From contig NZ_SEWW01000002.1 in assembly GCF_011090385.1 (NCBI RefSeq), positions 27,825-51,824 on the forward strand: a DNA stretch of 24,000 nucleotides, in the 5' to 3' direction. Below, piece by piece: positions 15,481 through 24,000 of the stretch. The notes beneath the pieces were generated by a model, which saw only the letters and a list, made by a program, of their open reading frames with translations, made no database searches and was not told the DNA's origin. Source of the stretch: Aquirufa beregesia. GTDB taxonomy: Bacteria > Bacteroidota > Bacteroidia > Cytophagales > Spirosomataceae. The number at the start of each line of letters is the position of its first letter. Position 1 is the first letter of the stretch. The position numbers and the translations under genes are program-made.

Positions 15481-15632
15481 TTTTTCAAGGAATTTGATGG
15501 ATATATGAATGGGCTATATGGTCTAAAAGGATTAATTAGCTGGTTTACAATGACTTATTGTATAAATTCTTGGATAATTGTTTCTCCGTTCATCAAAATA
15601 AGGTAAGCCGGTAGAAATAATTCAATTAGGAT

Positions 15633-15665
15633 TTCTATATTGTAGCAAATAGATACAATATAGAA
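15633..15665. promoter_or_regulatory. 12-bp perfect inverted repeat, candidate operator
   Basis: TTCTATATTGTA (15633-15644) and TACAATATAGAA (15654-15665) with a 9-bp spacer. It lies 52 nt upstream of ATG 15717, in the divergent intergenic region. Confidence 0.45.
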
Positions 15666-15716
15666 TTATTATATCGAAAAATATTGAAAAAATACCAAAT
15701 TAAATATCATTAGTCG

Positions 15717-16847
15717 ATGAAAAAATGGATACTTAGTTTAAGTTTGCTCATGAGTAGTGTAGCTTTATTGGCTCAACCGTCAAGGCCAACACCTACCCCC
15801 AACGACACCCTTAAATCTGTAGAAGCTTTAACTTCAGGACAAGTAGTATTTCGGATTTATGCGCCCAAGGCGAGTCAAGTGATTGTTTCTGGTGATTTTT
15901 CTAAGGAGTTTGGCCCTAAAAATTTGAGTAAAAATGAACTGGGCGTTTGGTCATACATTACAGCGGAGGCCATTATACCGGATTTTTATACCTACGATTT
16001 TACGGTAGATGGGGTGAAAACGTTGGACCCTAAGAATACTTTGTTGAAAGAAGGAGAAAATGGCTATTCCAATATGATGGAAATTAAGGGGAAGGAATCG
16101 GTCTATGCTGCTAATCAAGCGGTTCCACACGGGAAGTTGGAGAAAGTCTGGTTTCAATCCAAGGTAACGGGTAAGCCTGCACGTTTTCATGTGTATACAC
16201 CACCAGGTTATGAAAAGATGAAAGGGAAATTACCAGTTTTATATTTGCAGCATGGAGGAGGCGATAATGATGCTTCCTGGTCTACAGCTGGTCGTGCCAA
16301 TTTTATTCTAGATAATTTACTGGCAGTGGGTAAATGCAAGCCCATGGTGGTAGTGATGCCCATGGGACATCCAGGCTCAGGTTTTTATATGAATCCTGGG
16401 ATTGGGGAAGATCCTTATTACAAACAAATGTTTGAGGAAATCATGCCTATGGTCAATGAAAAATATGCTGTTCTGACGGATCGTTTTCATACTGCTTATG
16501 CGGGACTTTCTATGGGCGGATTGCAAGCACTGAATATGGCACTTTTTGCTCCTGAGAAATTTGGCTATGTATTACCTTTAAGTACAGGATATTTTCCTCC
16601 ACAGTTGAAAATATTGGAAGAGAAATATATTCAAAATTTGAAAAACCCTGAGATTAACCGCTTAAAGCTCTTTTGGATTGCTATGGGAGGCGAAAGGGAT
16701 ATTGCCTACAAAAACGGTTTGGGGGTCAATGCTGTATTCGATAAATACGGCATTAAATACCAAACAAATACGTATGATGCAGGTCACACGTTTATCACCT
16801 GGCGTCATAATTTAGTTGAATTTGCTCTATTACTTTTTAAAGATTAA
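15717..16847 (+). CDS. secreted esterase (CE1 / 'putative esterase' family) with an N-terminal Ig-like CBM48-type domain
   Basis: Signal peptide, then an early E-set-like module (VVFRIYAPKASQVIVSGDF...GVWSY...YTYDFTVDGVKTLDPKN). The catalytic part has a GLSMGG nucleophile elbow and a C-terminal DAGHTF. Confidence 0.8.
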   Translation: MKKWILSLSLLMSSVALLAQPSRPTPTPNDTLKSVEALTSGQVVFRIYAPKASQVIVSGDFSKEFGPKNLSKNELGVWSYITAEAIIPDFYTYDFTVDGVKTLDPKNTLLKEGENGYSNMMEIKGKESVYAANQAVPHGKLEKVWFQSKVTGKPARFHVYTPPGYEKMKGKLPVLYLQHGGGDNDASWSTAGRANFILDNLLAVGKCKPMVVVMPMGHPGSGFYMNPGIGEDPYYKQMFEEIMPMVNEKYAVLTDRFHTAYAGLSMGGLQALNMALFAPEKFGYVLPLSTGYFPPQLKILEEKYIQNLKNPEINRLKLFWIAMGGERDIAYKNGLGVNAVFDKYGIKYQTNTYDAGHTFITWRHNLVEFALLLFKD

Positions 16848-16851
16848 TCAC

Positions 16852-17844
16852 ATGAAAAAAATCGTATTATTTGCTCTTGTTTGGGTAGTATTGATCACTC
16901 AAAATAGCTTGGCACAAACTGCTTCTGCCAAACATTTACCGATCATAGATGTACATGTGCATGCCATGAAAGTCAATGCCAATTTTGCCTCCGATATGTC
17001 GCCCTGGTTTTTAAGTAACATGCCAGGAACAGATCCTAATGAACCGACGCCCAAATTTTTGAATGCTGATGGGGCCATTATGTTAAAGGCGGCTCATTCG
17101 GACGAAGAATTTCAAGATGAGTTAATGCAAACCATGAAACGTTTAAACATGACCATTGTGGCTTCAGGAGATCCTCAGGTAATTCGTAATTGGAAAAAAG
17201 CGGCAGCTCCTGATCGGGTTATTCCTTCTATCGGTTTTAGTTCGGCTAGTGGTATTAGTGTACAAGCTTTTGAAGATTCCTTGAAAACGGGTTTTTATAA
17301 AGTGGTAGGGGAAGTGGGTTTACAATACCAAGGCTTATCTCCGAGTGATCCATTGGTGGATAAGTATTTTGAAGTAGCCGAGCGACTTAACGTACCAGTA
17401 GCCATTCATATGGGAACAGGGGGAAATGGCATGGCTAATCTGACTTCACCCAAATATCGGGCTTCCATGGGTAATCCCTTATTGTTGGAAGATTTACTAG
17501 CCAGACATCCTAAACTGAAAGTTTGGGTGATGCATGCCGGCTATCCTATGATCGATGAAATGATTGCGTTGATGGGAGCTAATTCCCATGTCTATGTGGA
17601 TTTAGCCGGGATGATTTGGAGCTATCCTTTGGAAGAAATACACATGTATTTACGAAGATTAGTACAAGCAGGTTTTGGGAAACGAATCATGTATGGTACC
17701 GACTTAATGGTATGGCCAAAATTGTTAGAGACATCTTTGGGGGTCATTGAAAATGCTAATTACCTTTCTTTTGAGCAGAAGAGAGATATCTTTTTCAATA
17801 ATGCCGTACGCTTTTTTCGATTAGATCCTTCCAAGTATCAATAA
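16852..17844 (+). CDS. exported metal-dependent amidohydrolase (amidohydrolase_2 TIM-barrel type)
   Basis: ATG 16852 (MKKIVLFALVWVVLITQNSLA) lies 4 nt after the upstream stop; the 16816 start in the track overlaps that gene. Motifs: IIDVHVHA (HxH), AIHMG, VMHAG, YGTDL. Confidence 0.8.
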   Translation: MKKIVLFALVWVVLITQNSLAQTASAKHLPIIDVHVHAMKVNANFASDMSPWFLSNMPGTDPNEPTPKFLNADGAIMLKAAHSDEEFQDELMQTMKRLNMTIVASGDPQVIRNWKKAAAPDRVIPSIGFSSASGISVQAFEDSLKTGFYKVVGEVGLQYQGLSPSDPLVDKYFEVAERLNVPVAIHMGTGGNGMANLTSPKYRASMGNPLLLEDLLARHPKLKVWVMHAGYPMIDEMIALMGANSHVYVDLAGMIWSYPLEEIHMYLRRLVQAGFGKRIMYGTDLMVWPKLLETSLGVIENANYLSFEQKRDIFFNNAVRFFRLDPSKYQ

Positions 17845-17870
17845 ATAGGAAATATACCTTGGAAAATAAA

Positions 17871-17894
17871 AAGGGCATCTTTTAAGATGCCCTT
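17871..17894. terminator. bidirectional intrinsic terminator between convergent genes
   Basis: Perfect 10-bp stem, AAGGGCATCT with AGATGCCCTT, and a TTTA loop. An A-rich run lies 5' and a TTTTT run lies 3'. It sits between the stop codons at 17844 (+) and 17914 (-). Confidence 0.8.
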
Positions 17895-17913
17895 TTTTAT
17901 GCATGAATCTCGT

Positions 17914-19161
17914 TTATCTAAATTGAAAAATGAGAGGAAAAATGAAGCAAACAATGGCAGCCCAAATGGAATAAATGGGAAGGTATTGGGCAATACTTTT
18001 GGCCACTAGGTTAAAATCAGATTTTCCTTGAGTTGTTTTCAGTAAAGAATTTGCAACGAGAACTAAGTGGATAAAAATTAACAAATTACTTCCTAATACG
18101 GCTATTCGGTTAGGCGTGATTCCCCATTCGATTATTCGGAAACAAATGGCGGAAAGTGCAACTCCATTGACAACAATCGTTAGGGCAGATAATCCTAATA
18201 ACAACCACGTTTGGTATTTGGGGCTTTCATTTTTTTCAGCTTCGGCTACAGAAAATAAAATGAGGGCCATAACTCCTATCAAAAGGCCATTAAAGATTAA
18301 TAGAAATTCACGATTGGTATAAGGATCTTTTCCGGTAAACGCCATGGCAATTAAATAAACGAAAAGGAATACAAATACTACTGGGGTAAAGATTTTGGCA
18401 ATAATCGGCGAAACGTTTTTGACCAAAGCAGGGTTCTTTTGAATCAAATAATTGCCTAAAATAGGTGTGGCAGATAAGCCACTGACAATCACATATTTTC
18501 CATAAAATTCTTTGATATCCAACCCTATTATTTCAAATAAGCCCAAGGAAATAGCGGTAAATAATCCACCCGAAAGAAGGATGATAGCGCACATTACTAA
18601 TAAATCACCATGTAATCTCAAAAACTCAATTCTTTTATGCGTGTTGGAAAGAAGCCTTTCACCTAAGTAGGAATATGCCCAAACAGACCATAAGATTAGC
18701 GGAACATGTATACATGCTAATAGGATGGAATCAGACGGTGAAGTATGAGGAAGTAGGTTGATATAGATGACCGAAAAGAGGCAAATACCTAGAGGAAGTA
18801 AGATTTTATGAACAGGAACTTGTTGTTTCCAAATGGAATAGGCACTTAAAAAGGGGAAAATAACAAAGGAAATATTTCTTTGGAAAAAGGTATCTTGATC
18901 TAATCCGAAAAAAGAAGGGATCTGAGAAATTAGGGCAGCACAAATGCCCAAAATAAGTATAAAAAGTAATTCATTTTTGGCGCCCAAAGTGATTGGCTCC
19001 GGCGCATAATTTAGTCGCTGATTCCAAACTTGTAAACTTGTTTCTTCAGGATATTCCGACCATAAGGCGTTGAATTCTTTTTTAAATAAAGCGGAATTGG
19101 CACGGTATAACTTTTCCAGTTGTTCTGGATTTTTCAAGTTTTGTATGATCTCGCTTTTCAT
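17914..19161 (-). CDS. polytopic inner-membrane protein of unknown function
   Basis: 415 aa. A soluble ~60-aa N-terminus (NPEQLEKLYRANSALFKKEF) is followed by about 10 hydrophobic helices. I could not confidently place it in a family. Confidence 0.7.
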   Translation of the reverse strand: MKSEIIQNLKNPEQLEKLYRANSALFKKEFNALWSEYPEETSLQVWNQRLNYAPEPITLGAKNELLFILILGICAALISQIPSFFGLDQDTFFQRNISFVIFPFLSAYSIWKQQVPVHKILLPLGICLFSVIYINLLPHTSPSDSILLACIHVPLILWSVWAYSYLGERLLSNTHKRIEFLRLHGDLLVMCAIILLSGGLFTAISLGLFEIIGLDIKEFYGKYVIVSGLSATPILGNYLIQKNPALVKNVSPIIAKIFTPVVFVFLFVYLIAMAFTGKDPYTNREFLLIFNGLLIGVMALILFSVAEAEKNESPKYQTWLLLGLSALTIVVNGVALSAICFRIIEWGITPNRIAVLGSNLLIFIHLVLVANSLLKTTQGKSDFNLVAKSIAQYLPIYSIWAAIVCFIFPLIFQFR

Positions 19162-19343
19162 GATAATTGAGGTAAATAATTATTACGTACTAAAATGATT
19201 CATATGTAATACCATCTTATAGAACTCAATTTTATATAAGCTTTCCAAGGAAATACTTAGCGAAGCAATAACTTAGTAATTGATTAAAAATTGCACCTTA
19301 TTTTGTTTAGCGGCAAATTTATTCAATAAACGGTAATATGCTG

Positions 19344-20456
19344 TTATATAATTCCTTCCCACCAAGTGGAGAATGATGGATTTGCCAATCCTAAATCGAC
19401 CAACTCTCCAATTTTTGGCGTAATAACGGGGATATCCTGCTTTTTACTATTTTCCCAAAGAAGCTGTAATGGTTCATCCCATGGATGAATACTTAATTTA
19501 AATTTGGAATTATGTCCAGCAAAGATTTTTTTAGCCTTCAAATCTTTGGCAACGGTAAAAATTTCATCTGGCATGAGGTGGATGTATTTCCACGCTAGAT
19601 TATATTGGCCTTGTTCTATGAGGGCTAAATCAAATGGCCCATGCTGGTCACCAATGGCCTTGAAGTGGGTATCATAGCCACTATCCCCACCGAGGAATAG
19701 ATTATGTTGGGAAGTTTTCAACACAAAAGAAATCCAAAGTGTTCTATTTCGCTGGAGACCTCTACCTGAAAAATGACGAGCCGGGGTAGCCGTTAATTGC
19801 CAACCCTGTTCTAAAGTGATGGATTCATTCCAATCCAATTCTTCAATGATGTCAGGCGAATAGCCCCAATACTCTAAATGCTCCCCAACACCCAGTCCAC
19901 ATACCACTCGCTTGACTTTACTTTTTATCTTTTTGATAGTTTCATAGTCGAGATGGTCATAATGATCATGGCTAATGAATAAATAATCAATACTCGGTAA
20001 GCTTTCCGCAGTATATGGATCTGTACCTTTAAATGAAGCATTCATCCAAGAAAAAGGGGCCGCATAACCGCTCAAAACGGGATCTATCAATATGGTTTTG
20101 CCCTCTATTTGGAGTAAATAAGAGGAGTGTCCGAACCAGATCATATAGTCTGTGTTGGGACTTATTTGTTTCAAATCAGTTTTTACTGTGGGTAGTGCCA
20201 CTGTTGGTTTGGTGCGGATGTTTTTACTCGTCATCACCCTCAGCATGGAGCCAATTTTATTGTTTTCCTCTGCGAAAGTGGGAGTGTAGGATAAATTTTG
20301 AAATTCGCCATTGTTATAATGAGGAGAATTTTTAATTCGGTGTAGCCTTTTACCTTTTGGGTTAGTCCCCAATACCGATTTATTGAGGGCAATCCAAGAA
20401 CCTACCGAGATGCTTGTTAAAATTCCTAGAAAGCCTAGCATACGTCTTCTTTTCAT
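19344..20456 (-). CDS. MBL-fold metallo-hydrolase (NAPE-PLD-like subgroup), N-terminally anchored
   Basis: 370 aa. The N-terminus MKRRRMLGFLGILTSISVGSWIA looks like an anchor. FISHDHYDHLD is the metallo-beta-lactamase HxHxDH zinc motif, and WFGHSSYLLQIEGKTILIDPVL is typical of this subgroup. Confidence 0.8.
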   Translation of the reverse strand: MKRRRMLGFLGILTSISVGSWIALNKSVLGTNPKGKRLHRIKNSPHYNNGEFQNLSYTPTFAEENNKIGSMLRVMTSKNIRTKPTVALPTVKTDLKQISPNTDYMIWFGHSSYLLQIEGKTILIDPVLSGYAAPFSWMNASFKGTDPYTAESLPSIDYLFISHDHYDHLDYETIKKIKSKVKRVVCGLGVGEHLEYWGYSPDIIEELDWNESITLEQGWQLTATPARHFSGRGLQRNRTLWISFVLKTSQHNLFLGGDSGYDTHFKAIGDQHGPFDLALIEQGQYNLAWKYIHLMPDEIFTVAKDLKAKKIFAGHNSKFKLSIHPWDEPLQLLWENSKKQDIPVITPKIGELVDLGLANPSFSTWWEGII

Positions 20457-20639
20457 ATTACAAGGACCAATTTACTGCTTTTGATCTACCAATTGACATG
20501 TTCCTTGAATGATATGGCCAACTTAGGTATTAGCACGATTTTAATGGACATTTTTATAAATTCTTTCCAACCAAGAAAAGTGAGAGATGCTAATAATGTT
20601 ACTATTTTGGCAAAAGGACATTTTTACGTTTATTTTGGT

Positions 20640-20671
20640 GAATGATGTCAAAGGTCATTTGACATCCATTC
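20640..20671. promoter_or_regulatory. extended palindrome, candidate operator
   Basis: Perfect core of GATGTCAAA (20644-20652), a 5-nt spacer, and TTTGACATC (20658-20666). The arms extend to GAATG(G)ATGTCAAA with one indel. It ends 24 nt upstream of ATG 20695, in a divergent intergenic region. Confidence 0.4.
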
Positions 20672-20694
20672 GCATCATTTTTTACAAGGTACAT

Positions 20695-20982
20695 ATGGCA
20701 AATTCAACGAAATTCGGAACAACAGTCAATTGGGTTATTGGCATTTTATTTACGCTGATTGGTTTGGTCAATGTTTTTTCTGGAAATGATCCAGAGTATG
20801 GTGTATTTATTATCTTACTTTCTTTGGTTTATTATCCACCTATCCAGGCATTCATTCATCGTCTGACCGGTGTCGGAATGACCAATGGGATCAAAACCAT
20901 ATTGGGGCTTTTTATTTTATGGGCAAGTTTAGGTGTAGGCGAGTTGATAACGAAGATTGAACAAATCTTGCAAAGCATGTAA
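20695..20982 (+). CDS. small membrane protein (about 95 aa, 3 predicted TM helices)
   Basis: ATG 20695 (MANSTKFGTTVNWVIGILFTLIGLVNVF...) is preferred over the 20587 start in the track. The extra 36 codons of the longer version cover the palindrome and promoter region and look non-coding. Confidence 0.6.
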   Translation: MANSTKFGTTVNWVIGILFTLIGLVNVFSGNDPEYGVFIILLSLVYYPPIQAFIHRLTGVGMTNGIKTILGLFILWASLGVGELITKIEQILQSM

Positions 20983-21009
20983 TTAGCTTTTTGCACGTCC
21001 TTTTGTAAA

Positions 21010-21657
21010 ATGAATACCATGATGATTCAGGATTTATTTGTTCCCCCACTTTCACCAGGTAATACGCAAAGCATTGATTTAAGTATTCATAATTCAGCAC
21101 TTAAGTTGGAGATTTATCAAGAGTTATGCCATTTTAATTCATTCATCCAGGATTCTATTGGTTCTAAACGATATGGTGTAGGTGGGTATTTAGAGCATCG
21201 ACGAATCTATGAGTCGCATGAGAATTTTGCTACAGGTTTTGAAGACTTTAGGAATATTCATTTAGGAATTGATATTTGGACAGAGGCTGGTACAGGTGTT
21301 GTGGCACCTTTGGATGGCATCTTGCATAGTTTTCAGGTGAATGAAGGTTCTGGAAATTATGGTCCGACGATCATATTGGCCCATGATTGGGATGGAGAAA
21401 AGATCTATAGTTTATACGGACATTTGGCCAGTCAAGATTTAGAGGGATTAAGGTCTGGACAACAAATTAGTCGTGGTCAAGTCTTTGCTCATGTAGGTAA
21501 TTTGAAGGAAAATGGAGGATGGCCATCCCATTTGCATTTCCAGTTGATTCGGGATTTACAAGGATTCATGGGAGATTATCCCGGCGTTTGTTCGTCAAGG
21601 GATCTGGATTTTTATGCTCAAAATTGTCCTAATCCCGAACTTTTTATGCTGGATTAA
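21010..21657 (+). CDS. M23 (LytM-type) metallopeptidase-domain protein without a signal peptide
   Basis: HLGIDIW (HxxxD), SLYGHL and SHLHFQL (HxH) are the M23 zinc-site motifs. There is no N-terminal hydrophobic segment. Confidence 0.8.
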   Translation: MNTMMIQDLFVPPLSPGNTQSIDLSIHNSALKLEIYQELCHFNSFIQDSIGSKRYGVGGYLEHRRIYESHENFATGFEDFRNIHLGIDIWTEAGTGVVAPLDGILHSFQVNEGSGNYGPTIILAHDWDGEKIYSLYGHLASQDLEGLRSGQQISRGQVFAHVGNLKENGGWPSHLHFQLIRDLQGFMGDYPGVCSSRDLDFYAQNCPNPELFMLD

Positions 21658-22063
21658 CTGAGGAAGAAGGATTAATATTTAATTTTTCTAATACCCCTTT
21701 TCGTTTGACAATATTTTTATAATCCCATTGGATTATTTTCGATTTTTGAAGCCAGCGGTTGAGGTCTTGAATGGGAATATCATGTACGTTTTGAAAGTAA
21801 ATACCAGCGGCTTTAAACTTACCTACTACCTGTAATTGATTTTCTTCAAAAGATAGACCACTCCAAAATAACAATTGAATCCCTTTTTTAAGTGAACTAT
21901 AGCCCACAATGGGGTTATCGTCGATGAACCAAACGGGTATGGCATGCCAAATTTTACAGCTAGCTTCAGGTAATTTTTCCGAAATATAGTTGGCTAAAAA
22001 ATCCCCAATTTCCGCTTCTTGAGGAGTTAGGTTCTGATTAAATGTTTGAATGGCAGGGTTCAT
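21644..22063 (-). CDS. DUF1801 (YdhG-like) domain protein
   Basis: 139 aa. The pattern ...GDFLANYISEKLPEASCKIWHAIPVWFIDDNPIVGYSSLKKGIQLLFWSG... resembles DUF1801 proteins. Its 3' end overlaps the convergent M23 gene by 14 nt. Confidence 0.5.
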   Translation of the reverse strand: MNPAIQTFNQNLTPQEAEIGDFLANYISEKLPEASCKIWHAIPVWFIDDNPIVGYSSLKKGIQLLFWSGLSFEENQLQVVGKFKAAGIYFQNVHDIPIQDLNRWLQKSKIIQWDYKNIVKRKGVLEKLNINPSSSVNPA

Positions 22064-22161
22064 GGTCGTAATGAATTAAATGAGTATCATTCTTTTAAAG
22101 TCATTTCTAGTTCAAATGTATTCAATTACCTGTAATTTTAACTACCCTTTCGAATCAACAA

Positions 22162-23601
22162 ATGAGTACATATAAATCCATGAAATATTTCTTAGCGTTA
22201 ATCATCATTGTGCAACTCCCAACTTGCCTCTCGGCACAGGAGCAAAAAGCAGCCCAATATTTACAGAAAATTAGAAACAATGAAGGAGAACTGACGGCAT
22301 TTATGGCCCAGATGCCGAAAGGGGGCGACTTACATCATCATTTTAGTGGATCCATTTATGCTGAACCTTTATTGGAAAAAGCGATAAAATTAGATTATTA
22401 CCTGAATATGGAATCGATGGCCGTGGCCAAGGAACCATCAGGAAAAGGTGGCTGGAAACGCTTGTCTGAAGTATCATCCGAAGGCCGATTGGACGCGATG
22501 AAAAATGAGATCATGCGTCGATGGTCAGTGAAGGATTATTATCCTGCATTTTATCCATCGGATCAATTGTTTTTTGAGTCTTTTGATAAATATTTGCCAG
22601 TCCTCAACGAAGAATATGCCCCTGGCATGTTGGAATTAAAAAACCGCGCTATGGCTGAAAATGTCAGCTATATCGAAACCATGTTTTCTCCTGTTTATTC
22701 CCAAATAAACTTCAGTGATTTGGCCTTTTTTGATACCGATTTACGCCATAAGGCTAGTCAGTCAAACCAGCAGGCTGTATTGAATTTACTGGAAAAATTG
22801 TATGGGAAATTGATGCAAAAAGAGGCGATGAATCAAGCCGTCATTTGGAATAATACCTTCATCCAACATTTGCATGATAGTCTAAAAATAGATGATGAGC
22901 GTTTTACCATGCGATATCAAAAATACGTGTTGAGATGTAAGAATCCAGTAGAATTATTTAAGGACATTGTTATCAGTTTTATGTCAGCGAATACCAGTGA
23001 TTTGATAGTTGGAGTAAATATGGTGACTCCTGAACATGGAGAAACTTCCATGAAAGATTACCAGTTACATATGTTGATGTTCCAGTTTTGCCATCAGAAA
23101 TTCCCTCGAGTAAAGTATTCTTTACACGCAGGAGAATTGGCTATGGGTCAAGTGGCGCCTGAAAGTTTAACATGGCATATTGGAGAGGCAATACATACAG
23201 CGAAAGCGAATCGAATTGGCCATGGTGTTGGTATCCCTTATGAAAAAAACAGTTATGACCTTTTGAGATACATGAGTAAACAGAAAATACCCGTGGAAAT
23301 GAATCTGGTTTCTAACCGATTTATTTTACAAATTAAAGAAGATAAGCACCCCATTCAATTATATCATCAATTCAAGGTTCCTCTTTTAATTAGTACCGAT
23401 GATGCAGGTGTTTTGCGTACGAGCTTGACGGAACAATACGTTTTATTGGCTAAATCATATCCGTTTTTTAGCTATGCTCACATCAAGGAATTGGTATTTA
23501 ATAGTTTGGATTACAGTTTTATTCAAGAGCCTGAAGTCAAGCAGAAATTGCGACAAGATTTAGCTAAAAGATTTAAGGAATTTGAAGCAAAAATCCCTTA
23601 A
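22162..23601 (+). CDS. secreted adenosine deaminase family protein (ADGF/ADA2-like long form)
   Basis: Signal peptide (MKYFLALIIIVQLPTCLSA/QEQ). Motifs: MPKGGDLHHHFSG (HxH metal site in the ADGF-type context), SLHAGE, RIGHGV, ISTDDAGV. An alternative start is ATG 22180. Confidence 0.8.
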   Translation: MSTYKSMKYFLALIIIVQLPTCLSAQEQKAAQYLQKIRNNEGELTAFMAQMPKGGDLHHHFSGSIYAEPLLEKAIKLDYYLNMESMAVAKEPSGKGGWKRLSEVSSEGRLDAMKNEIMRRWSVKDYYPAFYPSDQLFFESFDKYLPVLNEEYAPGMLELKNRAMAENVSYIETMFSPVYSQINFSDLAFFDTDLRHKASQSNQQAVLNLLEKLYGKLMQKEAMNQAVIWNNTFIQHLHDSLKIDDERFTMRYQKYVLRCKNPVELFKDIVISFMSANTSDLIVGVNMVTPEHGETSMKDYQLHMLMFQFCHQKFPRVKYSLHAGELAMGQVAPESLTWHIGEAIHTAKANRIGHGVGIPYEKNSYDLLRYMSKQKIPVEMNLVSNRFILQIKEDKHPIQLYHQFKVPLLISTDDAGVLRTSLTEQYVLLAKSYPFFSYAHIKELVFNSLDYSFIQEPEVKQKLRQDLAKRFKEFEAKIP

Positions 23602-23831
23602 ATCTAATAGAAGTTTAAAGCTAAATTGTTAAATATTGGATTTCGGAATGGAGGCAATATTTTTATGTTTTCTTTATGAGTGATTTTATAGATTCTTTAA
23701 TAGGAGCCTTAAGATATTTAGTCAATATTAAATTCTCATTATTCTCTTCCACATTTAAGTATAATTATATTTTTAAATAAAATCTATATTAAATGAGACA
23801 TAATTTAAATAGAGAAATTGAATATTAAATT

Positions 23832-24000
23832 CTAACTACTTGGTAATTCAAATTCAAATTTTGTTCCAATTCCTAATTCACTTGAAACATAGATATTACC
23901 TCCTTGTGCTTCAATAAATTCTTTACAAATGGATAAGCCCAGACCACTCCCTTCATTTTGAGAACCTGGAATACGAAAATATCTGTTGAAAATTTTATCT
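23832..24000 (-). CDS. sensor histidine kinase, C-terminal HATPase_c fragment (gene continues beyond the window)
   Basis: The reverse-strand translation reads [55 protein letters not shown], with the G2 box GSGLGLS. It is not in the ORF track because it is truncated by the window edge. Confidence 0.8.
   Translation of the reverse strand, partial: DKIFNRYFRIPGSQNEGSGLGLSICKEFIEAQGGNIYVSSELGIGTKFEFELPSS

Noticed and set aside
14485-20671. A shared (T)GTCAAA half-site in the inverted repeats at 14485-14517 and 20640-20671, as evidence of a common regulator.
   Set aside because: The spacing differs (15 versus 5 nt). The shared core is only 6-8 nt of A/T-rich sequence, and the flanks differ. This is likely coincidence in AT-rich DNA.
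1-24000. Searched the whole window for mobile elements, a defence island, CRISPR arrays and RNA genes.
   Set aside because: I saw no transposase, integrase or recombinase-like ORF. There are no terminal inverted repeats flanking a segment and no regularly spaced direct repeats. There is no tRNA-like sequence with a GTTCGAATC-type T-arm and no rRNA. No nuclease, NTPase, TIR or SIR2-type defence domain is present. The candidate unusual system here is metabolic or stress-related, not a recognisable immune system.

Overview
AT-rich chromosomal segment that looks like Bacteroidota: TAnnTTTG-type -7 promoter motifs, many MKK-type signal peptides, and typical Bacteroidota AraC and ECF-like sigma families. 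I support about 28 protein-coding genes, one multiply disrupted glycoside hydrolase family 3 (GH3) pseudogene, four intrinsic-terminator hairpins and a few inverted repeats. I found no tRNA or rRNA genes, CRISPR arrays, transposases, integrases or recognisable anti-phage genes. Left part (1-8.4 kb): AraC regulator, aldo/keto reductase, two-subunit IorAB-type molybdenum oxidoreductase and a secreted esterase. These are followed by two tandem paralogous exported beta-rich proteins of unknown function, transcribed divergently from a second, paralogous AraC regulator. Middle (8.8-14.4 kb, all on the minus strand) is the most unusual region. A YdeI-like protein carries a perfect C-terminal CDGSH iron-sulfur motif. 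Next is an ECF-like sigma factor with no adjacent anti-sigma, then a hairpin. After that comes an eight-gene, very tightly packed (partly overlapping) cluster: DUF4833-like, DinB-like, NRDE/TANGO2-like (Cys2), a protein with an LRAT / permuted NlpC-P60 signature, a 108-aa unknown, an OB-fold anchor protein, a YceI-like protein and a thioredoxin-like protein. I know of no described pathway that unites these families, so this is my best candidate for an uncharacterised system. All functional ideas about it are inference. Right part (14.5-24 kb): decayed GH3 gene, CE1-type esterase, amidohydrolase, polytopic membrane protein, metallo-beta-lactamase-fold (MBL) hydrolase, small membrane protein, signal-less M23 peptidase, DUF1801-like protein, secreted ADGF/ADA2-type adenosine deaminase, and the 3' end of a histidine kinase. 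All family assignments come from motif recognition by eye; no database search was run.
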